From the NCBI GenBank assembly GCA_019307745.1, contig JAFDJA010000001.1, forward strand, positions 20,223-84,222: a stretch of 64,000 nt of DNA. The letters are read 5' to 3'. The number at the start of each line of letters is the position of its first letter. The first letter of the stretch is position 1. This document shows positions 1 to 9,038 of this stretch, piece after piece. The DNA is from Deltaproteobacteria bacterium. GTDB lineage: Bacteria > Desulfobacterota > DSM-4660 > Desulfatiglandales > HGW-15. The notes beneath the pieces were generated by a model, which was not told the DNA's origin, did no database searches, and was given only the letters and a program-made list of their open reading frames with translations. The translations under genes and the position numbers were made by a program.

Positions 1-1
1 T

Positions 2-457
2 ACAAGACAGCTTAAGGATCTGAAGATCGCTGTACACTACGGGTGCCACATACTCAGGCCCAGAGAGCTGGTACAGTTTAACTCTCCCGGCAGTTCCAGT
101 GTATTTGATGAACTGGTAGGGCTTACTGGCGCGGAACTGGTCTCCTGGGATCAGCAGGAGGAGTGCTGCGGTTCATCCATTTATGGAATCAATGACGACC
201 TCTCAATGGATCTTACCCGGAAAAAAACCGAAACCGCCCGAAAGGCCCATGCGGACATACTCTGCACTGCATGCTGCTATTGCCAGACACAGTTCGACAG
301 AGTGCAGAAGAGGCTTGGCAGACAAAGAAACATGGACACCCTTCCTTCAATTATCATCACTCAACTCCTAGGCCTCTGCCTGGGGATTGACCAGCAGATC
401 CTAGGAATTCAGGACAATGAACTCAGCCTTGACAAGCTCATGGATAAACTTTCCTAA
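2..457 (+). CDS. C-terminal part of a heterodisulfide reductase subunit B-like (CCG-domain, Cys-rich) protein; 5' end lies outside the window
   Basis: Frame 2 is open from the window edge to TAA at 455-457. The translation has Cys-rich motifs (HYGCHILRP, EECCGSS, CTACCYCQ) of the HdrB/GlpC CCG type. Confidence 0.55.
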   Translation, partial: TRQLKDLKIAVHYGCHILRPRELVQFNSPGSSSVFDELVGLTGAELVSWDQQEECCGSSIYGINDDLSMDLTRKKTETARKAHADILCTACCYCQTQFDRVQKRLGRQRNMDTLPSIIITQLLGLCLGIDQQILGIQDNELSLDKLMDKLS

Positions 458-540
458 AATAGTTTTAAAACAAGGCTCTTCTACCAGGTAATCGCTTGAA
501 AAGTGATCAAGGATTTAAGTGAAAGGCTGAAAAGCTGAAT

Positions 541-576
541 AAAAAAGGAGGGCTGAACAAACAGCTCTCCTTTTTT
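541..576. terminator. Bidirectional intrinsic terminator between the convergent hdrB-like gene and fhs
   Basis: A6, then GGAGGGCTG (547-555), a 6-nt loop, CAGCTCTCC (562-570), then T6. The stem is 9 bp with one G-U pair and is flanked by an A-run and a T-run. Confidence 0.75.
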
Positions 577-598
577 ATTTCTCATTTTTCAAACTGAA

Positions 599-2362
599 TT
601 AGAACAGTCCGTGAACCTTACCTGTTTCAGTATCCACGTCAATACGGCGGAATGCCGGGTTAGACCCTGTTCCAGGCATCAGGCTTATGGCTCCGGCGCA
701 CGGGCAGAGGAACTTTGCTCCGGAATAGATCAAAACATCACGGATCGGAAGTGTCCAGCCTTTGGGCACACCCTTGAGTGTGGGATCATGTGTCAGGCTT
801 AAGTGGCTCTTGACCATCATGGTAGCGAAGTCAGCATACTTGGGCTCTGCTTCAAGCATCTTGGCCTTTGCCTCAGCCTCAGCACTCCAGGAAACACCGT
901 CAGCGCCATAAACCTCTTTGGCGATAATATCAACCCTGTCCCTCAGTTTCATCTCAATGGGATACAAAAATTTGAATTCACTCTCATCGTTACAGGCATC
1001 AATTACTGCGTCTGCAAGCTCAAGGGCGCCGTCTCCACCAAGCTCCCAGTGTTTGGACTCAGCACAGCGTGCGCCTGCCTCTTCAGCCGCCTTGCGAACG
1101 ATAGCGCATTCAGCATCGGTATCCGTGTAAAAACGATTGATACATACAACAGGATTGATGCCGGATTTTCTAATAACTTTAATCATATGTCTCATGTTAT
1201 CTAAGCCATTTTCTACGAGTCCCAGATTCTCTTTGGTATACTCTTCCGGCATGGCCTTGCCCGGCACAACCTTGGGACCACCACCATGCATCTTAAGCGC
1301 GCGGATGGTTGTGGTCAGTACAGAAACATGAGGTTTCAGGCCGCTAAAACGACATTTTACGTTCCAAAATTTCTCAAAACCGATATCTGCCGCAAAACCG
1401 GATTCTGTTACATGGTAGTCAAACAGCTTCAAACCAACACGGTCAGCGATAATTGATGATTGACCAACGGCAATGTTGGCAAATGGACCGGCATGCACCA
1501 TACAAGGGTTATATTCAGCAGTGCACATAAGGGTCGGATTAATCGTATTTCTCATAAAAGCGGTCATTGCGCCGCCAACTTCCAAATCACCGGTGGTAAT
1601 AGGATTGCCACTCTTATCAAAGGCAACTGTAATCTCATCAAGACGTTTTCTCAGGTCAGCAAGATCCTTTATAACTGCCAGGATAGCCATGCACTCGGAA
1701 CCAACCGCGATTCCAAACTTTGACTGCATTGTAAAGCCGTCATAACGACCACCAATACCAATGATGATATTTCTCAGGGACTGTGCGCAGAAATCCATGA
1801 TCCATCCCAGCTCAACACGGGTGGGATCGATATCAATGCGAGGCATCCCTGTAAGCCTCTGAAGTTGCTCATCATTGTAGTTCCGCTCATGCTGCATACG
1901 GGAAGTCAGGGCAACCATCGCAAGATTGTGAGCGTTCATAATGTCATTAATGTCACCGGTAAGGCCCAGTGAAAATTCGGTCATAGGGATCAGCAGAGAG
2001 TTGCCGCCGCCTGCCGCAGTCCCCTTAACATTCATTGTTGGTCCGCCAGAAGGCTGCCTTAAAGCACCACCGACATTAACTCCTCTTTTTCCAAGTCCTT
2101 CCATCAGGCCGCATGAAGTCGTGCTCTTTCCTTCTCCCAGGGGAGTAGGAGTGATGGCTGTAACCTCGACGTATTTTCCGTCCGGTTGATCCTGAAGACG
2201 ATCTATAATCTTCAGAAAATCGAGTTTTGCCAGCCTTCCCATGGGGAGCATTTCTTCTTTTTTAAGACCTAGTTTTTCTCTCCACTCATCAGGCATCGGC
2301 ATGTTTTTTTCAGCTTCTTCGGAAATCTGCCAATCTTCCATATTAACTGCATCGTAAGACAT
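599..2362 (-). CDS. fhs: Formate--tetrahydrofolate ligase
   Basis: 587-aa ORF with the FTHFS signature region ([15 protein letters not shown]). AGGAGG-type SD upstream of the ATG at 2362. Confidence 0.95.
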   Translation of the reverse strand: MSYDAVNMEDWQISEEAEKNMPMPDEWREKLGLKKEEMLPMGRLAKLDFLKIIDRLQDQPDGKYVEVTAITPTPLGEGKSTTSCGLMEGLGKRGVNVGGALRQPSGGPTMNVKGTAAGGGNSLLIPMTEFSLGLTGDINDIMNAHNLAMVALTSRMQHERNYNDEQLQRLTGMPRIDIDPTRVELGWIMDFCAQSLRNIIIGIGGRYDGFTMQSKFGIAVGSECMAILAVIKDLADLRKRLDEITVAFDKSGNPITTGDLEVGGAMTAFMRNTINPTLMCTAEYNPCMVHAGPFANIAVGQSSIIADRVGLKLFDYHVTESGFAADIGFEKFWNVKCRFSGLKPHVSVLTTTIRALKMHGGGPKVVPGKAMPEEYTKENLGLVENGLDNMRHMIKVIRKSGINPVVCINRFYTDTDAECAIVRKAAEEAGARCAESKHWELGGDGALELADAVIDACNDESEFKFLYPIEMKLRDRVDIIAKEVYGADGVSWSAEAEAKAKMLEAEPKYADFATMMVKSHLSLTHDPTLKGVPKGWTLPIRDVLIYSGAKFLCPCAGAISLMPGTGSNPAFRRIDVDTETGKVHGLF

Positions 2363-2813
2363 ACTTTTTCCTCCTTGTTAGAATGATTTTAAATATATTA
2401 ATGACGCCTTTTTACTGGGTCACCTCATATCTGGCCTTTTTAAAAGGCATATCAAATATTTTCAGACTGATTTAGCAAAACAGGTTTTCAGCTATCAGAA
2501 AAATACGAGTGCGTCAAGCTTTATGATATCTATAATCATGCGCTTTTCCTTGCTCTTTCTTTTTTTGTTTTAACTTATCACGCATGATGTTATGAATTGA
2601 AAAGTTCAAGTAAGATCAAACTTTTCAAAATTGTTTGCCCTTCGGGTGCCTCGTTTTCACCAAAGCTACTGCGGAAGCGTTTGCAGCAGACAGGTACAGC
2701 TCCACTCTTGATGCCTTGTATCTTGGCCAAGCTCGAGGCTTGCAAGATTCAGGTATCAATTCAAAATATTAATATTCCAGTAAAATTTAGAAAAGCAGGA
2801 GGATAAGAACATT

Positions 2814-3635
2814 ATGGATAATAGGATAATCGGATTTATCGGTGCGGGAAACATGGCCACGGCCCTGATCAAGGGGTTGATCTCCAGTGGTCTTTACAAA
2901 ACGGATCAGGTGAAGGCCTCTGATAATGATACAGATAAGACTAATACGGTTTCAGAACAATATGGAATTGAATCATTTTCGACCAACATTAACCTTGTAC
3001 GGTCAAGTCATGTCATTGTACTTGCTGTTAAGCCGCAGGCAATGCGGGATGTCCTAGAAGAAATAAAAGAGGTGATTCAGAAAGACCACCTTATCATCTC
3101 TATTGCCGCGGGCATTCCCATTAAAATGATTGCTTCTGTGATTGGAAGTAACATCCCCATTATAAGGGTGATGCCCAACACCCCCGCGCTTATCCAGTAT
3201 GGGATGAGTGCTCTTTCAGCGGGAGAAAAAGTGTCTCAGGAGCAGATGGATCAATCAATAAAAATTTTTGAGGCAGTAGGAGAGGCGGTTACTGTTTCGG
3301 AAGAGATGATAGACTCGGTAACTGCTGTGTCTGGAAGCGGCCCTGGATTTGTGTTCAGGATTATGGAGGGCTTTGTAAATGCAGCTGAAAGACTTGGATT
3401 TGATAAAGACACGGCTCTCAAGCTTATCACCCAGACATTCATTGGTTCTGCCCTGCTGGCAGAACGGTCTGAACATTCTCTCGCAAGGCTCAGAGAGATG
3501 GTAACCTCACCAGGAGGAACCACCGCAGCAGGTCTGAACTATTTTAATGATAAGGGCCTGGAAGATGTCATAACCGGTGGAATTGAAGCTGCATGTAACA
3601 GATCAATCGAACTGGGAAAAACTATTAGAACCTGA
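2814..3635 (+). CDS. proC: Pyrroline-5-carboxylate reductase
   Basis: 273 aa with an N-terminal Rossmann motif (GFIGAGNMATALIKGL) and a P5CR C-terminal region (SPGGTTAAGL). SD GCAGGAGGA lies upstream. Confidence 0.92.
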   Translation: MDNRIIGFIGAGNMATALIKGLISSGLYKTDQVKASDNDTDKTNTVSEQYGIESFSTNINLVRSSHVIVLAVKPQAMRDVLEEIKEVIQKDHLIISIAAGIPIKMIASVIGSNIPIIRVMPNTPALIQYGMSALSAGEKVSQEQMDQSIKIFEAVGEAVTVSEEMIDSVTAVSGSGPGFVFRIMEGFVNAAERLGFDKDTALKLITQTFIGSALLAERSEHSLARLREMVTSPGGTTAAGLNYFNDKGLEDVITGGIEAACNRSIELGKTIRT

Positions 3636-3706
3636 ATCTCAGACCAGCCTATTGCCTTAAAAAAAGGCCATGGATTGTTGCCTCTTTGGGGAAATTTTAT
3701 CCATAT

Positions 3707-4546
3707 TCATTGGTTTTCGTTTTCCAAGGCCAGGTTTTCATTCACAAATGAATTGATTACTTGAAAATATTTTTCACCCCCCACAACATAGGTGTCATTA
3801 TGGCCTGCACCCTTGATCCTGTAAAAACATTTCGGCCCGGCCGCGGCCTTAAACAGGGCCTCTCCCATGGAAAACGGGACTATTTCATCCGCGTCACCAT
3901 GGATAATCAGCTTAGGTATTCTGATATCCTTTATTTTTTCCAAATTATTATAATTTCTAGGCAGTATTGGAGATAAGAGGAAGAAAAGAGGCATGGTCTT
4001 TGCCATATCCCGTGTGGATGTAAAAACGCTTTCAATGATAAGGAATTTTATCTGCCTGCTCAAGGCAAGGGATATCGCGGCAGCCCCGCCAAGGGAACGC
4101 CCGAAAAGGATAATATCCCCGGGCATTATTCCTTTCTCCTGGATAAGCCAGTCATATGCTGCGCCTGCATCTTCATATATTCCCTTTTCTGAATTTCTCC
4201 CTTTACTGCTCCTGCCATATCCCCTGTAATCAAAGATAAAGACCTGCAGCCCTTTTTCCAGGAGCAGTTTTACATTCTCAAGCCGGTGGGTGATATTTCC
4301 CGCATTGCCGTGACAAAAAAGGATGACGTGCCTTCCCTGTTCAATGGGGAAAAACCATCCATGGAGCTGCCCCTCTCCTGCTTCAAAATATACATCCTGA
4401 TAATTCAGGCCATAGTCCTCAGGCGAAAAATCCGATGACCGGTCCGGATAAAATATAAAAAAACTTTCTATTCTAGTGTAAAAAATACAGAAAAACACCA
4501 CTGCAAGGAAAAACAGAAAGAAAAGGTAAGGCCATTGAACAGGCAT
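3707..4546 (-). CDS. Alpha/beta-fold hydrolase with an N-terminal TM anchor
   Basis: Nucleophile elbow GRSLGG, HGNAGN oxyanion region, and C-terminal HGDADEIVP plus GAGHND. Start moved to the internal Met (MPVQWPYLFF) immediately before the hydrophobic segment. Confidence 0.75.
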   Translation of the reverse strand: MPVQWPYLFFLFFLAVVFFCIFYTRIESFFIFYPDRSSDFSPEDYGLNYQDVYFEAGEGQLHGWFFPIEQGRHVILFCHGNAGNITHRLENVKLLLEKGLQVFIFDYRGYGRSSKGRNSEKGIYEDAGAAYDWLIQEKGIMPGDIILFGRSLGGAAAISLALSRQIKFLIIESVFTSTRDMAKTMPLFFLLSPILPRNYNNLEKIKDIRIPKLIIHGDADEIVPFSMGEALFKAAAGPKCFYRIKGAGHNDTYVVGGEKYFQVINSFVNENLALENENQ

Positions 4547-4776
4547 TATTAATGCTCCCCATGTTTTGATGGCTATTTTTTTCAAAAAAGACACAAGATT
4601 CTTCCTGAATTCTCTGGGCCAAAAACACAATAAAGAAAATATAATATCCTAAAGTAAAAAACATCTTACAAAAATATGCTGGAACTCCATTAATCCTTTT
4701 TATACAATTGCTTCTTATGATGCAATATATTAGATTTAGACAATGTTAATCATTTGATCCAAACAACGAGGGAATT

Positions 4777-6246
4777 ATGGCCGAAAAAACAAAGGTATTG
4801 ATAGTTGATAATAACAAGTCAGCAAGAACCCGTCTTATTGCTATCCTGAAAAAAAGTCCTGAATTTAGCCTTGACGAGGCCGGTAATGGGAAAGAGGCCC
4901 TTAAAAAAATCAAAAAATCTGCCCCGGATATCATCCTGGGTGACCTTTATATGCCTGAAATGGGGGGGCTGGAATTGTGCAAGACCATCAAAAAGGTTCC
5001 GGAATCTCAACTTGCCAGCATCTATGTGATTATTCTCAGCACCGAGGAGGATCAGAAAACCAAGATAGAGTGCATCAATGAGGGAGCAGACGATTTTCTT
5101 ACAAAACCAGTTAAGGCGGATGAACTTATGATAAGGCTGAAGGTGGGGCAGAGGACATCTCGAATCCTTCAGAGAAGAAAACTAGAAACCGAAAAAATGT
5201 TCCAGGAGATGGATGTCCTTCTCATACAGGATGGTGGTTGCGCACCGGGATACAATCCGGTAACAGCCTTTATAGCCTATCACCTGGAGGCCATTGGCAG
5301 GGCAGTGTATGCGACCAGGGAAGGATTTAAATCCCTTGTAGAAAAGGAAGACAACTTCTTACGCCTTGTATATGACCCTGGGATGTTTAAGAAACTGGAC
5401 CATATCCCGGGAGTATTTCACGCTGCGCCCCTTTCCGAATGGCGGGGTGCCCAGTTGCGAAGCGAAAGATTCAGGGATTTTATAAAACTAGAGGTTCAAA
5501 AAAAAGCGACAGCCCTGATCAAGCACAAAAGGGTAAAGGCCATCATAGCCATCGGTGGCAATGGCACCTTCAGGGGGATTCATTCCCTGTGTCAGCTCCT
5601 GCCCACCTCCATTCAGGTCTTTTTTATACCGGTGACCATTGACAGTGATGTGGCAGGAACCGATTGTGTTGGTCAGTATACAGGAGTTGAAGTGGGTGCT
5701 GAAAAAATCAGATGCTATATGGCTGATGCCAGGACCCATAAACGTGTCTATATAATTGAAATGATGGGGGCAAACAGCGGTTTTCATGCCCTTCACTCCT
5801 GTCTGGGCTCAAGGGCGCATCTGGCAGTGCTTCCTAACAGCAGGATTGACCACAAAAAAGTGGTTGATGCCATCAATCAAAGGGAGGAATGTGTAATCGT
5901 GGTGGCAGAGGGGTATAAAAAAGAGGATAGAGCCAGGGAAAAGACCACACTCAATGCGGCAGAATACTTCCACAAGGAGCTTCTGGCCACAAAGAAAAAG
6001 ATAAACAGAAAGGTGGTGTGCGAACCCTTTTCAAGGGATATAAGGGGTGCCGCACCCAACAATATGGACATATCCCTTGCCCAGCGCATGGCCTATAATG
6101 TTGCAGGCTATCTCAAGGCCGGAACCTCCAGGCTGATGCCGGCTGTCCAGTCAGGCAGGGAATACGCCATCCCATTTAACGAGATAACAACAGACAATAT
6201 GAAGGAAGATGACCTGCTTGTCTTGTCAAACCGGTTGACAAAATGA
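4777..6246 (+). CDS. Response-regulator receiver domain fused to a divergent 6-phosphofructokinase-fold domain
   Basis: The N-terminal ~120 aa are CheY-like (VLIVDNNKS..., IILGDLYMPEMGG, LTKPV). The C-terminal ~340 aa align by eye to the PfkA motifs GGCAPGYN, IGGNGT, PVTIDSDV and EMMGANSG. Confidence 0.8.
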   Translation: MAEKTKVLIVDNNKSARTRLIAILKKSPEFSLDEAGNGKEALKKIKKSAPDIILGDLYMPEMGGLELCKTIKKVPESQLASIYVIILSTEEDQKTKIECINEGADDFLTKPVKADELMIRLKVGQRTSRILQRRKLETEKMFQEMDVLLIQDGGCAPGYNPVTAFIAYHLEAIGRAVYATREGFKSLVEKEDNFLRLVYDPGMFKKLDHIPGVFHAAPLSEWRGAQLRSERFRDFIKLEVQKKATALIKHKRVKAIIAIGGNGTFRGIHSLCQLLPTSIQVFFIPVTIDSDVAGTDCVGQYTGVEVGAEKIRCYMADARTHKRVYIIEMMGANSGFHALHSCLGSRAHLAVLPNSRIDHKKVVDAINQREECVIVVAEGYKKEDRAREKTTLNAAEYFHKELLATKKKINRKVVCEPFSRDIRGAAPNNMDISLAQRMAYNVAGYLKAGTSRLMPAVQSGREYAIPFNEITTDNMKEDDLLVLSNRLTK

Positions 6247-6403
6247 CTGGATGGATGAAGGCTCCCGCCGGCTGTCCAGTATTTAATTCATTATTTCATT
6301 GTTGCTTCAGTTATAAAAGTTCAAACTTGACTTCAGAGTAATTGTAAAATATGCATAGCCTCTGTTCTCTCCAAGTAAGGAGTTATTGCTCTTTTCAAAT
6401 CAA

Positions 6404-6462
6404 GAATATGACTCAAAATAACCTTAGACTTTATATAATGGTTTGAAGAGAAGAATTACGCC
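6404..6462 (+). repeat. Dispersed copy of the AATATGACTCAAAATAACCTTA...TATATAATGGTTTGAAGAGAAnAATTAC motif family
   Basis: Near-identical by eye to 37072-37132 and similar to 36808-36868. Lies in the gap between the REC-PFK gene and the thiC 3' end. Confidence 0.6.
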
Positions 6463-6553
6463 GGGCACTATTTGAAAATGGTCTGGCCTGAAAGGTAGCG
6501 TGTCATACACAAAAAAGGCTGTTCTCCTGAGGGGTTGCTTTTTTCCACTGCCG

Positions 6554-7837
6554 TCAGTCCTCAAAATATTCGCGCACCTGTTTGATGGCACAAAATTTCC
6601 CGCACATGGTACACACATCGTCTTCATGGGGCGGATTTTCCTTCCTTACCCTTCTGGCCTTTACAGGGTCAATCGCCAGTTCCATCTGGGCATCCCAGTC
6701 CAGATTTTTTCTTGCCTCTGCCATCTTTCTATCTCGCTCTATTGCAAACTCGTGTCCCCGTGCGATATCCGCGGCATGGGCAGCTATCTTTGTCACTATC
6801 ACACCCTCTCTCACATCATCCGCGTCTGGCAGGGACAGATGCTCAGCAGGGGTGACATAGCAGAGAAAATCAGCTCCTGCCTCTCCAGCCACAGCCCCTC
6901 CAATCGCGCAGGCCACATGATCATAGCCCGCGGCAATATCTGTCACAAGGGGGCCAAGCACATAAAAAGGGGCATGATGGCATAACTGCTTCTGGAGCTG
7001 AACATTGGTCTTGATCTGATCCAGTGGCACATGGCCAGGCCCTTCAATCATTACCTGTACCCCCTCTTTCCACGCAAGTTTTGTAAGATGCCCCAGTGTC
7101 ATTAGTTCATGAATCTGCGCCCTGTCCGTTGCATCGGCAAGGCAACCGGGCCTCAGTCCGTCTCCAAGACTGAGGGTGACGTCATATCTCTTTGCTATAT
7201 CAAGAAGTCTGTCAAAATGCTCATACAATGGATTTTCCCTGTCATGGTGCAGCATCCAGGCAGTAAGAAAGGCTCCGCCCCTGCTTACAACGTCTGTGAT
7301 CCTGCCCTGACCCTTCAACATCTTGAGTGCTCCCCTTGTGAGGCCGCAATGGACGGTAATAAAATCAACCCCGTCAGCGGCCTGAGTCTCTATCGCATCA
7401 AATAACTTGTCCACAGTAAGGTGAATTACTCCGCCATTTTCATTTATTGCTTCCACAACAGCCTGATAAACAGGCACCGTTCCAACACATACAGAAGAGG
7501 CCTCAAGCACCTTTCTGCGGCACTCATTGATGTCTCCCCCTGTGGAAAGATCCATCACGGCATCAGCACCTGCGTCAATTGCAACCCTGACCTTGGTCAG
7601 CTCTTCCTCAAGCACAGACCTGTCAGAGGAGGTGCCTATGTTCGCGTTCACCTTGATAAATAGCCCTTCACCAATTCCGCAGGGATCAAGCCCCTTATGA
7701 TTTCTATTGGCAGGTATCACTATCCTGCCCTGGGCCATCTTCTTCCTGAGCCATTCCCTGTCCACCCGCTCTTTGTCTGCTACTATCTTCATCTCAGGAG
7801 TGATGACTCCCGCAATTGCCTCTTGTAATTGTGTCAT
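6554..7837 (-). CDS. thiC: Phosphomethylpyrimidine synthase
   Basis: Short-form ThiC, conserved throughout (e.g. VPVYQA, EGPGHVP, C-terminal CTMCGKFCA cluster). Start set at MTQLQEA (CAT at 7835-7837). Confidence 0.93.
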   Translation of the reverse strand: MTQLQEAIAGVITPEMKIVADKERVDREWLRKKMAQGRIVIPANRNHKGLDPCGIGEGLFIKVNANIGTSSDRSVLEEELTKVRVAIDAGADAVMDLSTGGDINECRRKVLEASSVCVGTVPVYQAVVEAINENGGVIHLTVDKLFDAIETQAADGVDFITVHCGLTRGALKMLKGQGRITDVVSRGGAFLTAWMLHHDRENPLYEHFDRLLDIAKRYDVTLSLGDGLRPGCLADATDRAQIHELMTLGHLTKLAWKEGVQVMIEGPGHVPLDQIKTNVQLQKQLCHHAPFYVLGPLVTDIAAGYDHVACAIGGAVAGEAGADFLCYVTPAEHLSLPDADDVREGVIVTKIAAHAADIARGHEFAIERDRKMAEARKNLDWDAQMELAIDPVKARRVRKENPPHEDDVCTMCGKFCAIKQVREYFED

Positions 7838-7947
7838 TTGTCTAAATCCTCTATAAATTCCGGATTGCACAGATCCACCTTCCGCATATCCGGGTTAAAC
7901 TCCATATTTCCAAACCAGCCCAGTCTATATTCAAAATGCCTATATAA

Positions 7948-8727
7948 TCATGGGCGCGAACATCCAGGATTTACCACCCCCGCCCCTTTGCCCCATGAAT
8001 AGCTTTTGTTAATGGCCTTTCTGGTAAAATTATGTGCCTGCTGGGCGGCTTTCACGGGGGAGTATCCCTGGCCCAGATATGTTGCAAGGGAGGTTGAAAA
8101 AACACACCCGCTCCCGTGGGTATCCTCAGTTTCTATCTTTTCCCCTTTAAAACAGTGAAAGGCATTACCATCATACAGAAGGTCTACACATTCTCCCTGC
8201 AGATGACCCCCTGTTACCACGACATCGGGCCCCAGCTCTTTTATCTTTCTTGCCGCCCTTTCCATGCCTTCAAGATCTGTGACCTCCTGTCCGGAAAGAA
8301 TGCCTGCCTCCATGAGATTAGGCGTAACAACCCTGGCAAGGGGGAGGAGCTCTTCCCTCAAAAATCGAACTCCTTCATTATCCAGCAAGTCTGTTCCGGA
8401 AGATGATCTTGTGACCGGATCAACCACCACGGGAGAGATCCCATGCCTGCTGACTACTGCCACAAGTTCCCTGACAATCCTGCCTGTTGACAGCATGCCG
8501 ATCTTTATTGCGTCAGGCGTAAGGTCGTTCAATACGGCCTCAATCTGCCTTGCAACAAATCCGGCAGGGAGGTCCTGAACACCTGAGATCCCCTGGGAGT
8601 TCTGTGCGGTAACAGCGGTAATAGCGGTTAGGGCATGACCACCAAGGGCGGTTATTGTCTTGATGTCTGCCTGGATTCCCGCGCCTCCACAGGAGTCCGA
8701 ACCGGCTATGGTCAGTATGTATTTCAT
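7948..8727 (-). CDS. thiD: Hydroxymethylpyrimidine/phosphomethylpyrimidine kinase
   Basis: The ORF-track reading frame extends to 8913, but homology begins at MKYILTIAGSDSCGGAGIQADIKT (CAT at 8725-8727). HMP-P kinase motifs are present throughout. Confidence 0.9.
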   Translation of the reverse strand: MKYILTIAGSDSCGGAGIQADIKTITALGGHALTAITAVTAQNSQGISGVQDLPAGFVARQIEAVLNDLTPDAIKIGMLSTGRIVRELVAVVSRHGISPVVVDPVTRSSSGTDLLDNEGVRFLREELLPLARVVTPNLMEAGILSGQEVTDLEGMERAARKIKELGPDVVVTGGHLQGECVDLLYDGNAFHCFKGEKIETEDTHGSGCVFSTSLATYLGQGYSPVKAAQQAHNFTRKAINKSYSWGKGAGVVNPGCSRP

Positions 8728-9038
8728 AATAACTGGACTACCGGACCTAAAAATAAAAAAGTTCTTCAAATTAACGGAATAAGAATTTCCCGCGCCTTTA
8801 AACGGCCTTACCTTCTTTTTTTCCTGTGCCTTCCAGGGCCAGCCATTGACCTGTCTACCCTTTACAGGCCGTTTTCTTAGGAGAAAGCTAACAGCAACCC
8901 CATATGCTGTCAATCAAAATTCCCCGTTACGGCATTCTCACAACTTGACTTTACTCTACATTACCATTTAGAATCAGATCTTTTACAGGTCATAACCTTT
9001 GTCCCGCTCTTTAAATTACCTTTGCCGGGGTATCTGAC

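Noticed and set aside
2597-2806. 69-aa ORF upstream of proC
   Set aside because: It begins with a non-ATG codon (TTG) and has no RBS or motifs. It occupies the divergent promoter region between fhs and proC.
6500-6985. 161-aa plus-strand ORF overlapping the thiC 3' half; similarly the 152-aa ORF at 11948-12406 antisense to the EF-hand gene
   Set aside because: Both are antisense shadows of well-supported genes. The second merely mirrors the tandem repeat.
8728-8935. Expected TPP (THI-box) riboswitch upstream of thiD-thiC
   Set aside because: Reading the minus strand, I see only fragments (GGGGTTGC, CTAAGA, AATGCCGTAACGGGGAA). They are not in the canonical order or pairing (GGGGUGC...CUGAGA...ACCUGAUCUGGAUAAUGCCAGCG...AGGGA). 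I cannot call it without an Infernal scan (RF00059); a hit there would overturn this rejection.
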